Below, piece after piece: positions 18,855-27,739 of a stretch of DNA of 30,006 bases (within the stretch, counting starts at the first letter, position 1; each line of letters begins with the position of its first letter). The DNA comes from Pseudobdellovibrionaceae bacterium. Its GTDB lineage: Bacteria > Bdellovibrionota > Bdellovibrionia > Bdellovibrionales > UBA1609. The notes beneath the pieces were generated by a model that searched no databases, was not told where the DNA came from, and was given only the letters and a program-made list of their open reading frames with translations. A program made the position numbers and the translations under genes. The stretch lies in contig JAUVAX010000002.1 of the NCBI GenBank assembly GCA_030591685.1, forward strand, positions 124,001-154,006. The letters are read 5' to 3'.

Positions 18855-20066
18855 TTGAAGTTACTTTGGGGGATATTTGTAACGGCAGTTATCAGCACTT
18901 CTTGGGGGGCTGAAGTTGTTCGCGTACGATTACATAGCTTTAATAAATCGGTCCGGGTTTCAGGCCTGGGTGTAGTGGCGCAGTTTAATCGTGGGTCAGT
19001 GGTTCCTATTATGATCCCCCGACTACAGGCGCTTAAAGTTCGCTTAGTGTCGGTAAAGCCCATTATAAAGTGGGAGGTTTCAAAATCCAAAGACCTTGGG
19101 GCCTTTGTTTACGGAGGGCCTCTTCAATTAAAAGGTGAATTTTTACAAATAGACAACAAATGGGTGCCTAGCCCTATTTACCTTTACCCAAAACCCCAAG
19201 GCGGCATAGACGTTATCGCTGAGCTTGATATTGAACGTTACCTGTTGGGTGTCTTGCCCTCTGAAATGCCACTGAGCTGGCCAATGGAGGCCTTAAAAGC
19301 TCAAGCTGTCGTAGCCAGAAGCTATGCCCTCGCCCGATTAGACGAAGTCCAAAAGGGCCAGCAGTATCATTTAGAGAACAATATTTTAGACCAAGTCTTT
19401 AAGCCCTCAGAGCATTTACAGATTGCTCCTCAATTAAAAGCGCGAGCCTTAAGGGCCATACGCGAAACCGAGGGGCAGTATTTAAAAAACAAATTAGGTA
19501 GCCCTGTTAAATCGTACTACCACGCCGACTGTGGAGGTCGAACAGAGGTGGCCTCTTATGTGTGGGAGGGGGCAAAGGGTTTCGGGACAACCCGTGACCG
19601 CACTTGCCCTAAAAGCCCCAGCGGTCGATGGAGGCTTGAGTTAACGAGCCAGCAAATAAACCAAGCCTTAGCTAAATACTTTGGCCCCGGGGAGGTGGAG
19701 CAAATATCAGTCCTCTCAAAAACCCCCACTCGAAGAAACTGGCTGCTTTCGGTAAAGTATAAAGATCAACCGTTTAAAAAAGTAATAAACTCACAAAAAC
19801 TAAGGGAGCTACTGGGGTTTATGCGCCTAAAGAGCACTCACTTTTCAGTCACTCAACACGTCGATCGTTTTGTTTTTGTAGGCCTTGGTTTTGGTCATGG
19901 GGTGGGGATGTGTCAGTGGGGGGCTCGCTCACAAGCTTACCAGGGTAAGAGCTATACTTCTATTTTAAGTCATTATTATCCAAGATCTCGGTTTGAAGAC
20001 AACCAATTAAAAATGACCCTTACGGCGAAGAGTCGGGGTGAAAAAATCACCCCATTAGACTTATAA
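18855..20066 (+). CDS. SpoIID/LytB domain protein (lytic transglycosylase-like)
   Basis: YLLGVLPSEMPLSWPMEALKAQAVVARSYA, DQVF, YHADCGG and GFGHGVGMCQWGA..ILSHYY; TTG start with AAGGA RBS. Confidence 0.92.
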   Translation: MKLLWGIFVTAVISTSWGAEVVRVRLHSFNKSVRVSGLGVVAQFNRGSVVPIMIPRLQALKVRLVSVKPIIKWEVSKSKDLGAFVYGGPLQLKGEFLQIDNKWVPSPIYLYPKPQGGIDVIAELDIERYLLGVLPSEMPLSWPMEALKAQAVVARSYALARLDEVQKGQQYHLENNILDQVFKPSEHLQIAPQLKARALRAIRETEGQYLKNKLGSPVKSYYHADCGGRTEVASYVWEGAKGFGTTRDRTCPKSPSGRWRLELTSQQINQALAKYFGPGEVEQISVLSKTPTRRNWLLSVKYKDQPFKKVINSQKLRELLGFMRLKSTHFSVTQHVDRFVFVGLGFGHGVGMCQWGARSQAYQGKSYTSILSHYYPRSRFEDNQLKMTLTAKSRGEKITPLDL

Positions 20067-20318
20067 GCACTTTTGTAGCAAAAAACAAAAGTGTTGCTAG
20101 GGTAATTAGGCCTGAGTAATTGTACATATAATATTTCTCCCTCTACTATTTAATCAGTCGGCATAAGTTGGCAAAACTTTAGTCGAGGCGGCTAAAAACC
20201 TGAAATCAATGTAAAAAACTTAATTTTCTCAAAAATTGACCTTAAAAAATTAAAAATTTCGACAGAAAATATTAATTTTAAAAATTAAACAATAAAGCTT
20301 TAGCAAAAAAAAGCTGCT

Positions 20319-21641
20319 CTATTTTGGGTCAATGGGCCCGGAGAGCAAGGTCTCAAGCTCGGCAATAAGGGTTTCATAGTGTGTTAAGGCGCTATAAAAC
20401 CTAAACTCGGTACTAAATCGTTTTCGAATAGAGCCTAAAAACGTAGCGTAGTCCACGCGGCCCCCTAAGTACGCCGATTTACCTGTGCGCACGGCTTGTT
20501 TTGATAGGGGTAAAAGGGTGTCCTCAAGTAGAGTGAGAGTTTTAAATGACTCTTCAAGCTCATAGTAAATATTATGAACCTTGTTAGAGACCCGTATTTT
20601 TTTAGAGTTTAAAAGAGACGTCGATCGACCCAGGTGAGAGTGAGCGGCTTTAATATTGTTAGATTGTTTTTGAAAAAAAAGCAGGGGCAACTTTACAGAC
20701 ACCATCATAGACGTAAAGTCGGTGCCATTATCAATAGGGTTGGCCTCTCTCGAGGTGTAGGAGGCCTTTAATGCAAAGTCAGGGTAATATTGCAGCTGAG
20801 CAAGGCTTAGCCCCTCGCTGGCCGACTGGTGGTTAAACTCAAGGGTGCGTATTTGATGACTGTTTTTAAGCGCACGATCTTTAATGGATTGAAACTTTAT
20901 ATTTTTAAATAATAAATAGGTTTTAACAATCTGATGGGGGTGGGCTTCAACAATATTAGTGTTTCGACCAATAACTGAGGCTAGGTTGCTTTTTTCAACC
21001 CTTATTTTTCGCTCAGAAATAAGTATTTTTGAAATAAGGTCAGCCTCTTCCATTTGAAAGTTAATCACCTCTGCTTGTGGGATTTGGCCTAAAGTATACT
21101 TAGCCCGAGCTGAAACGATGAGCTGCTTAATTAACTTTTTTTGCGCCCCTAAAACTTGTTTGTTTTTGATTTCTAAAAAAAGTTTATAAAAAGCTTTTTT
21201 TACGTTTAATATGATTTCATATTGTTTTTGTTGAACATCGTGAGTGGCGGCTTTTGCTATTAAGCGAGCCATGCTCTTTTTTTTAGTTAACTTACCAGGG
21301 AAGGGTATTTTTTGTGAGAGGCTCAGCTTTTTACCCGTCATGGGGGTTTGTTTATAGCTGTACGTATCTACAGGGAGGTTCATAATTTCGTACGAAAGCG
21401 TGGGGTCGTCATAAGACCCACTTGGTAAAATGAGCGATTTGAGTTGTTCGGCTTTATGTACAGAGGCTTTTAGGTCAGGACTGTTTTTAAGCGCCTCATC
21501 AATAAGAGCACTCAAGCCGGAGTTATTACTAGAGGCTAAACCCACAGTTTTTGGGGCCTGAGTTGTGGCTTTAGCAAACATAGGCGCACATAAAAGAGCC
21601 ACGATAATAAATTTTGAACCTAAACGGTTTATTATAACCAT
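20319..21641 (-). CDS. TolC/CusC family outer-membrane efflux protein
   Basis: Signal peptide; ALKNSPDL, LSQKIPFPGKL and YYPDF motifs; two OEP halves; coupled to the upstream gene by a TAATG overlap. Confidence 0.9.
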   Translation of the reverse strand: MVIINRLGSKFIIVALLCAPMFAKATTQAPKTVGLASSNNSGLSALIDEALKNSPDLKASVHKAEQLKSLILPSGSYDDPTLSYEIMNLPVDTYSYKQTPMTGKKLSLSQKIPFPGKLTKKKSMARLIAKAATHDVQQKQYEIILNVKKAFYKLFLEIKNKQVLGAQKKLIKQLIVSARAKYTLGQIPQAEVINFQMEEADLISKILISERKIRVEKSNLASVIGRNTNIVEAHPHQIVKTYLLFKNIKFQSIKDRALKNSHQIRTLEFNHQSASEGLSLAQLQYYPDFALKASYTSREANPIDNGTDFTSMMVSVKLPLLFFQKQSNNIKAAHSHLGRSTSLLNSKKIRVSNKVHNIYYELEESFKTLTLLEDTLLPLSKQAVRTGKSAYLGGRVDYATFLGSIRKRFSTEFRFYSALTHYETLIAELETLLSGPIDPK

Positions 21642-22198
21642 TAAATAAAAGCCTTTTTAAGAGGGTCCCAGTGAGGAAACCTAAAGTTTTTTACAAGCCG
21701 TAGAGCGAGCTGACTCCCCCCAACGCTCCCCACAAGCCAAGCTAAAAACATGGACTGGGTTTTGTGCTGAGTACCTAGAAAGTAAAATATACTGAGAAAC
21801 AATAGGGACAGCAGCAGGTAGTACAGGGTTTTATGCTTCCAGATGATTTTGATTTCCTCAGGTCGTAATACAAACATAGTTATTAAGGCCCCTGAGCCAA
21901 CAAAAAGAGCTCCACATAACCCCATGCAGGCTAAGTGACCGAGCTTTAAAAACAGTACGGATAAACCATTAATACTTAAAAAACTAACCCCAAACTGTGA
22001 GCATATAAATAAAGTAGAAATCCCTGTGAAAAACTGAATGATAAATACCTTACTGATAACAAGTAGGTGGTTAGGGTTTAAATCGCCTTTAACCTGGCTT
22101 TCTATTTTTTGGCAAAGGGCCTCGGGGAGGGGCACATCTTTAATACTAAGAAAGTGAGTCATATCATTTTTTTGAGGCTCTGATATATTTTTGCTCAA
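21641..22198 (-). CDS. Putative membrane anti-sigma factor with Cys/His motif
   Basis: Start overlaps the ECF stop (TTGA); about 4 TM segments; FICSQFG and GHLACMGLCG motifs. Role inferred from position. Confidence 0.65.
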   Translation of the reverse strand: MSKNISEPQKNDMTHFLSIKDVPLPEALCQKIESQVKGDLNPNHLLVISKVFIIQFFTGISTLFICSQFGVSFLSINGLSVLFLKLGHLACMGLCGALFVGSGALITMFVLRPEEIKIIWKHKTLYYLLLSLLFLSIFYFLGTQHKTQSMFLAWLVGSVGGSQLALRLVKNFRFPHWDPLKKAFI

Positions 22199-22764
22199 GG
22201 TGAAAACTCCTTAAGGTGTTTAATATTATTTTTAATTTTCTTTATCGATCGGCTAATAATTTGACGTACATTGGCTGCACTTGACCCAATAAGGTGAGCT
22301 ATCTCAGTTGAGCTTAAATCAGATTCAAATTTTAATTTTAAAACATGGGTTTGATGGCTTGTGAGGCCTAAAGCTTTGTAGTGCTCTAAAAGGGGGGTAT
22401 CAAAAGTAGGTCGTGTTGGCGGTGGTGCCGTGACGTCACCTTGCTCGGCTATAAAGGACTTAATTTTAGAGGCCTCTTTACCGGACTTTCTAAAGTGATC
22501 TATTAAAGTATTTTTAGTGATGGTAAAAAACCAACTTAAAAATACATATTTTTTATCATATAAAGAGCGCTTGTTGTGTAGTTTCAAAAAAACCTGCTGG
22601 AGTAGGTCGTCAGCCGTCTCTTTGGAGCCCGTTTTAGATAAAATATAACCATAAGTCTTTGCGCTGTAGCGAGCAAAGAGGGAGTTAAAAGCTTGAGTGT
22701 TGCCCATTTTATAGGCTTCCATAAGTTCCTCATCTGTTGGTAGGAGGTTCTTTGAGTCTGTCAT
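22195..22764 (-). CDS. ECF-type RNA polymerase sigma-70 factor
   Basis: DEELM..AFNSLFARY, ADDLLQQVFLKL, FLSWFFTITKNTLIDHFRK (region 2) and EIAHLIGSSAANVRQIISR (region 4). Confidence 0.93.
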   Translation of the reverse strand: MTDSKNLLPTDEELMEAYKMGNTQAFNSLFARYSAKTYGYILSKTGSKETADDLLQQVFLKLHNKRSLYDKKYVFLSWFFTITKNTLIDHFRKSGKEASKIKSFIAEQGDVTAPPPTRPTFDTPLLEHYKALGLTSHQTHVLKLKFESDLSSTEIAHLIGSSAANVRQIISRSIKKIKNNIKHLKEFSP

Positions 22765-22769
22765 AAGCT

Positions 22770-22799
22770 AATACGTCCCTAGGCTTTAAAATGTGACAA
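22770..22799 (-). promoter_or_regulatory. ECF-type promoter of the sigma-antisigma-tolC operon
   Basis: Minus strand reads TTGTCACA-N16-CGTATT, ending 5 nt before the sigma ATG; identical boxes and spacing at 22983-23012. Confidence 0.8.
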
Positions 22800-22982
22800 A
22801 AAAATGATCACACCTCATTTACGCTACTGCTTAAACTCATAAGTGTCTAGTTATAATGGGGTTTTTAAACTGGGTTCAATACCCTGGCGACACACAGATG
22901 TAGAAGAGGCGCCTTGTTGCTATTAAGGCTCAGGACGATCACAGGGTATTAATGGGGTGGCCAAAAATTATTTTTAAAATAG

Positions 22983-23012
22983 TTGTCACAATTGTTTGAA
23001 TGTCTTCGTATT
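22983..23012 (+). promoter_or_regulatory. ECF-type promoter of cusBA
   Basis: TTGTCACA-attgtttgaatgtctt-CGTATT (N16), about 86 nt upstream of ATG 23099. Confidence 0.8.
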
Positions 23013-23098
23013 TTAAAATGTAATTGTATTTAGGCCTTTAGGTTAAAAAATGAAGACCAAGGGTTTTAAACATAAATATAAAAAGAGGGTAAAAAACA

Positions 23099-24397
23099 AT
23101 GCTTAAATCAACAACTCTAGGTCCTGCCGTATTATTTGTTTTAAGTCTTTTATTGGTTTTTACAGTGGGCTGTACTGATAGTAAAAATAAGTCCTCAAAA
23201 GGCCAAACCGGTGTGGCTCAAAAAGCCCCTCTTTACCAGTGCCCGATGCATCCGCAAATAACTTCTCATAGAACTAAGCAATCATGCCCCATATGTGGGA
23301 TGAACTTAGTTTTAGTTGAAACGGATGAGGAGCCGGCTCCGCCGACTAAGGATCACTCGGCCCATGCTCACTCTAACCCCCAAGGTCAGCAAAAAGTGGG
23401 GGCAACAACAAAGTCCCTGTACCAATGCCCTATGCACCCTAAAGTTACATCTCGTAAAAAAAATCAAACATGTTCCGTCTGCGGCATGGATTTAGTGGGA
23501 GTGCAAAGTGATAAGGCTGAATCCGCAGGTAGCTCAGGTCAAGCCCAGCCCACCGAACTGAGTACTCACGCTCCGTTTAAGCTATCAATGAAAAAAATGC
23601 AGATGATCGGCGTGCAAAAACAAAAAGTTGTAAAAAAAGTATTATTTAAAAAAATTAAAGCCGCAGGCAGTATTGCTTATGACCCCGAGTTGTTTACCGC
23701 CAGTAGTGAATACCAAGAGGCTTTAAAGCAATACTTGAGACAAAAAAATAGCCCCTTAGTAGAAATCAAACAAAGTGCCAGAGAGACTTTAAGGGCCGCT
23801 AAAATTAGGCTTAAGGTACTAGGGTTAAGTAATAGTCAAATTAAAGCCATTAACCCCTATAAAAGCTTGTCTGAGGATTTATTAATAACTAATAAAAATA
23901 AAAAACCTTTAATTTATGCAGATGTTTACGAGTCGGACTTACCCTTTATAAAGCCCGGGCAGTCAGTAGAGGTGAGTGCTAGTTTTTTACAAGGCCGGGC
24001 AATGACTGGTAAGGTTCAATCTGTAGACCGTATTATTAACCGCGAAACCAGAACCGCTCGGGTGAGGATTTTACTTAACACCACTACTGTACAGGTAAGG
24101 CCTGATAGTTATGTGGATGTAGTTATATACTCACCTGTGGGGGAGCACCTTTCAGTCCCCTTTGATGCGGTTTTAGATACAGGGCTTCAAGCCATTGTTT
24201 TTGTTGTTAAAGATCAGGGGCGTTTTGAGCCTCGTAAGGTTTTAATCTCTATGAGGGCGGGCAATGACTTAGGCATTGGCTCAGGAGTTAAAGAAGGTGA
24301 AGAGGTGGTGACGAGTGCTAATTTTTTAATTGATTCAGAGTCCAGGCTCAGAGCCGTTATTCGCGAGGCTTCAAAAGGCTCAAACCATGCTGATTAA
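23099..24397 (+). CDS. cusB: CusB-like RND periplasmic adaptor lipoprotein with two heavy-metal-binding domains
   Basis: Lipobox TVGC; two YQCPMHP...CxxCGMxLV domains; ADVYESDL, ETRTARVR and SANFLIDSES motifs. Confidence 0.9.
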   Translation: MLKSTTLGPAVLFVLSLLLVFTVGCTDSKNKSSKGQTGVAQKAPLYQCPMHPQITSHRTKQSCPICGMNLVLVETDEEPAPPTKDHSAHAHSNPQGQQKVGATTKSLYQCPMHPKVTSRKKNQTCSVCGMDLVGVQSDKAESAGSSGQAQPTELSTHAPFKLSMKKMQMIGVQKQKVVKKVLFKKIKAAGSIAYDPELFTASSEYQEALKQYLRQKNSPLVEIKQSARETLRAAKIRLKVLGLSNSQIKAINPYKSLSEDLLITNKNKKPLIYADVYESDLPFIKPGQSVEVSASFLQGRAMTGKVQSVDRIINRETRTARVRILLNTTTVQVRPDSYVDVVIYSPVGEHLSVPFDAVLDTGLQAIVFVVKDQGRFEPRKVLISMRAGNDLGIGSGVKEGEEVVTSANFLIDSESRLRAVIREASKGSNHAD

Positions 24398-27300
24398 AAT
24401 TATTGATATTTGTGCTAAGCATAGGTTTTTAACACTCTTTTTTGTGATGTTTTTAATTATTGCGGGCCTATCGAGTATGCAAAAAATCTCGGTAGATGCC
24501 ATCCCTGATTTATCAGACACTCAGGTGATTGTTTACTCTAAATGGAGTGTGAGCCCAGACATCATAGAAGACCAAGTGACCTACCCTATTGTGAGTAGTT
24601 TACTTGGGGTGCCGAAAGTAAAAGATATACGAGGGCTCTCTACGTTTGGGTTTTCTTATGTGTATGTTATTTTTGAAGACGGCACAGATATATATTGGGC
24701 CCGATCAAGAGTATTGGAGTATTTATCTAAAATCACCCCTCAGCTACCAAAGGGTGTTAAAACAGAGCTAGGCCCTGATGCAACAGGTGTAGGCTGGGTC
24801 TATCAATATGCTTTAAAAGACACGAGCGGCAATAACTCTTTAGCAGATTTGAGATCTTTTCAGGACTGGTTTTTAAAATACCAACTTCAGTCTGTTTCGG
24901 GCGTTTCAGAGGTGGCCTCTATTGGTGGGTTTGAAAAACAATACCAAGTAAAGATCAATCCTAACTTACTACAGTTTTACAGGCTCTCTATTACAGATGT
25001 GATGAAGGCAGTACGGGCTGGAAATTTAGAGATCGGCGCCCGAGTTTTTGAAATCTCAGGGGCCGAGTATATGGTCCGTGGCAGAGGGTATATAAAAAAC
25101 CAAACAGACCTTGAAAATATTGTTGTTGGGGCCAGTCAATCGGGGACTCCAATATATTTAAAAAATGTATCCAAAGTTTCAATAGGGCCCGAAATGCGAC
25201 GGGGCATTGTTGATCTTGACGGTATGGGTGACGCTGTTGGCGGCATCGTAATTATGAGATTTGGCGAAAACGCAAACACGGTGATTGAGAGGGTTAAGAG
25301 TAAAATTGAAGATCTCAAACCCTCACTCCCCAAAGGGGTCGAAATCGTTGAGGTCTACAACCGAAAGCATCTTATTGATAGAGCCATCAATACCCTAACT
25401 CGCGAACTCTCAATTGAGATGCTTGTTGTGGGCTTAATTATACTTATTTTTCTTTTAAACATACCAAGCTCATCAATGCCTATTTTACTGTTGCCCACAG
25501 CGGTAGTGATTAGTTTTATACCCATGTACCTGTTAGGGGTGTCGGCTAATATTATGTCCCTTGGGGGGATTGCTATCTCTATTGGTGCCATGGTGGATGC
25601 CTCAATAGTAGTGATTGAAAACTGTCATAAAAAACTAGAAGAGTGGAACCTTAAGGGCAGGGTGGGGGACCACAAGCCTGTACTTATTGCCGCTATAAAA
25701 GAGGTGGGCCCATCGAGTTTTTACTCACTGCTAGTCATAGCGGTTTCTTTTTTACCTATATTTACTCTAGAGGCTCAAGAAGGGCGACTTTTTAAACCCC
25801 TGGCTTACACAAAGACCCTTTCTATGGGTGTGGCAGCTATTTTAGCTATCACTTTAGCCCCAGCCTTACTGTTGATAATTATACGATTTAAAAAATATAA
25901 TTTTCGCTCTCAAATTGTAACTCGAATTGCGAATAAATTTTTATTAGGCTCTACTCACTCAGAAGAAAAACACCCCATTAGTAAGTTTTTATTTAAAGTA
26001 TACGGACCTATTGTGGACTGGGTCGTGGTAAATCCCTTAAAGGTTATTGGTGCCGCCATTTTAGCATTACTTATAACTATCCCTGTGTTTTTACAAATTG
26101 GGTCGGAGTTTATGCCCCCTCTTAATGAGGGCTCTATTCTTTATATGCCCACAACCATGCCGGGGATTTCAGTCACTGAGGCTGAGGATTTATTAAGAAA
26201 GCAAGATGAGATTTTAAAAAGCTTCCCCGAAGTAAAATCTGTTTTTGGTAAAGCCGGTAAGGCGAACACCTCGACCGATCCGGCTCCGTTTTCTATGATG
26301 GAGACCACTGTTATTTTAAAAGACCAACGAGAGTGGCGTAAAAAAGAACGCTGGTACTCAGGGCTACCAGAGTTTCTTAAAGGTCCATTTAGGGCTTTAC
26401 AGCCCGATTTTATAACTTGGGACGAACTGATTTCAGAGATGGACTCTAAAATGAAATTCCCAGGGCTTGTTAACGCGTGGACGATGCCCATTAAAGCTCG
26501 CCTAGATATGTTATCCACAGGGATTAGGACTCCTGTGGGTATCAAGGTGTCAGGGAGTAGTTTGAAAAAAATTGAACAAATTGGGATTGAGTTAGAAAAA
26601 ATAATCCCAAGAGTTAAGGGCACTCGGAGTGTATTTGCTGAAAGAATCACGGGGGGGTATTTTTTAGATTTTGATATTAAAAGAGAGGCTCTTGCCAGGT
26701 ACGGTATTTCAGTGGAGGAGATACAACAAGTTATTAAAAGCTCCGTGGGGGGCATGAACGTATCAACCACCATTGAGGGCCGCGAGAGGTACTCGATTAA
26801 TGTTCGCTACGCGAGGGACTTTAGAGAAAACCTAGAGGACCTTAACGGGATTACAGTGAAGTCAAAAAAAGGTCAATTTGTGAGGCTCGGTGATTTAGCA
26901 AAAATAGAGCTTAAATCAGGCCCCGGTATGATTAGAAACGATAATGGCTTATTAACCGGTTATGTATTTGTAGACGTTGCGGGTGTTGATATTGGTACTT
27001 ACGTAAAAGAGGCCAAAAAACTTGTTCATGATAAGTTAAAAATACCACCGGGCTACTCTCTGAATTGGAGTGGGCAGTATGAAAGTATGATCCGGGTGAG
27101 AGAAAAACTCACCGTTGTTGTGCCCATCACTCTTTTAATTATTATATTTTTAATTTATTTAAACACTAAGTCGGCTGTTAAAACATCTATTATACTTTTA
27201 GGCATACCCTTTTCAGCTATAGGAGCTTTTTGGTTAATTTATATACTTGGGTACAATATGAGTATTGCTGTGTGGGTGGGGCTCATTGCATTGCTCGGTA

Positions 27301-27647
27301 TAGACGCTGAAATGGCCATATTTATGCTGCTGTATCTTGATTTAAGTTACGAAAAGCGCGTTAAAGAGGGTCGGATGAACTCTCTTAAAGATTTAAAAGC
27401 CTCTATCCACGAAGGGGCTGTAAAAAGAATACGACCCAAGGTGATGACTGTAGCAACAACCTTTATTGCTCTTTTGCCCATTATGATTGCCAGCACTGCC
27501 GACACCGGGGCTGACGTAATGAAGCGTATGGCAGCCCCTATGGTTGGTGGTATATTTTCGTCATTTTTATTAGAACTTATTATTTACCCGGCCATTTATA
27601 CTCTTTGGCGGGGTAAGGCTTTTAAAAAACCTAAAGCACAAGACTAA
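24387..27647 (+). CDS. cusA: CusA/CzcA family heavy-metal RND efflux permease (Cu/Ag type)
   Basis: DAIPDLSDTQVI, GPDATGVGWVYQY, NIMSLGGIAISIGAMVDA, YMPTTMPG, SMMET, WTMPI and MAAPMVGG; start ATG 24387 overlaps the cusB end. Confidence 0.96.
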   Translation: MLIKIIDICAKHRFLTLFFVMFLIIAGLSSMQKISVDAIPDLSDTQVIVYSKWSVSPDIIEDQVTYPIVSSLLGVPKVKDIRGLSTFGFSYVYVIFEDGTDIYWARSRVLEYLSKITPQLPKGVKTELGPDATGVGWVYQYALKDTSGNNSLADLRSFQDWFLKYQLQSVSGVSEVASIGGFEKQYQVKINPNLLQFYRLSITDVMKAVRAGNLEIGARVFEISGAEYMVRGRGYIKNQTDLENIVVGASQSGTPIYLKNVSKVSIGPEMRRGIVDLDGMGDAVGGIVIMRFGENANTVIERVKSKIEDLKPSLPKGVEIVEVYNRKHLIDRAINTLTRELSIEMLVVGLIILIFLLNIPSSSMPILLLPTAVVISFIPMYLLGVSANIMSLGGIAISIGAMVDASIVVIENCHKKLEEWNLKGRVGDHKPVLIAAIKEVGPSSFYSLLVIAVSFLPIFTLEAQEGRLFKPLAYTKTLSMGVAAILAITLAPALLLIIIRFKKYNFRSQIVTRIANKFLLGSTHSEEKHPISKFLFKVYGPIVDWVVVNPLKVIGAAILALLITIPVFLQIGSEFMPPLNEGSILYMPTTMPGISVTEAEDLLRKQDEILKSFPEVKSVFGKAGKANTSTDPAPFSMMETTVILKDQREWRKKERWYSGLPEFLKGPFRALQPDFITWDELISEMDSKMKFPGLVNAWTMPIKARLDMLSTGIRTPVGIKVSGSSLKKIEQIGIELEKIIPRVKGTRSVFAERITGGYFLDFDIKREALARYGISVEEIQQVIKSSVGGMNVSTTIEGRERYSINVRYARDFRENLEDLNGITVKSKKGQFVRLGDLAKIELKSGPGMIRNDNGLLTGYVFVDVAGVDIGTYVKEAKKLVHDKLKIPPGYSLNWSGQYESMIRVREKLTVVVPITLLIIIFLIYLNTKSAVKTSIILLGIPFSAIGAFWLIYILGYNMSIAVWVGLIALLGIDAEMAIFMLLYLDLSYEKRVKEGRMNSLKDLKASIHEGAVKRIRPKVMTVATTFIALLPIMIASTADTGADVMKRMAAPMVGGIFSSFLLELIIYPAIYTLWRGKAFKKPKAQD

Positions 27648-27739
27648 GAGCTCGCATTTATTTTAGAATTACTTGTAAACATTGATATTGTCGCAAAATT
27701 AATGATGTTTTTAAATAAATTAATATAATTAAATAAAAG

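Noticed and set aside
20068..20093. Inverted repeat cacttttgt-N8-acaaaagtg after spoIID
   Set aside because: AT-rich stem without a U-tract; possibly a weak terminator but not supportable.
1919..24386. Longest-ORF starts at 1919, 4882, 6600, 14240, 15924 and 24330
   Set aside because: Downstream ATGs fit RBS, coupling or signal peptides better; some of the longer starts overlap neighbouring genes or promoter/leader elements.
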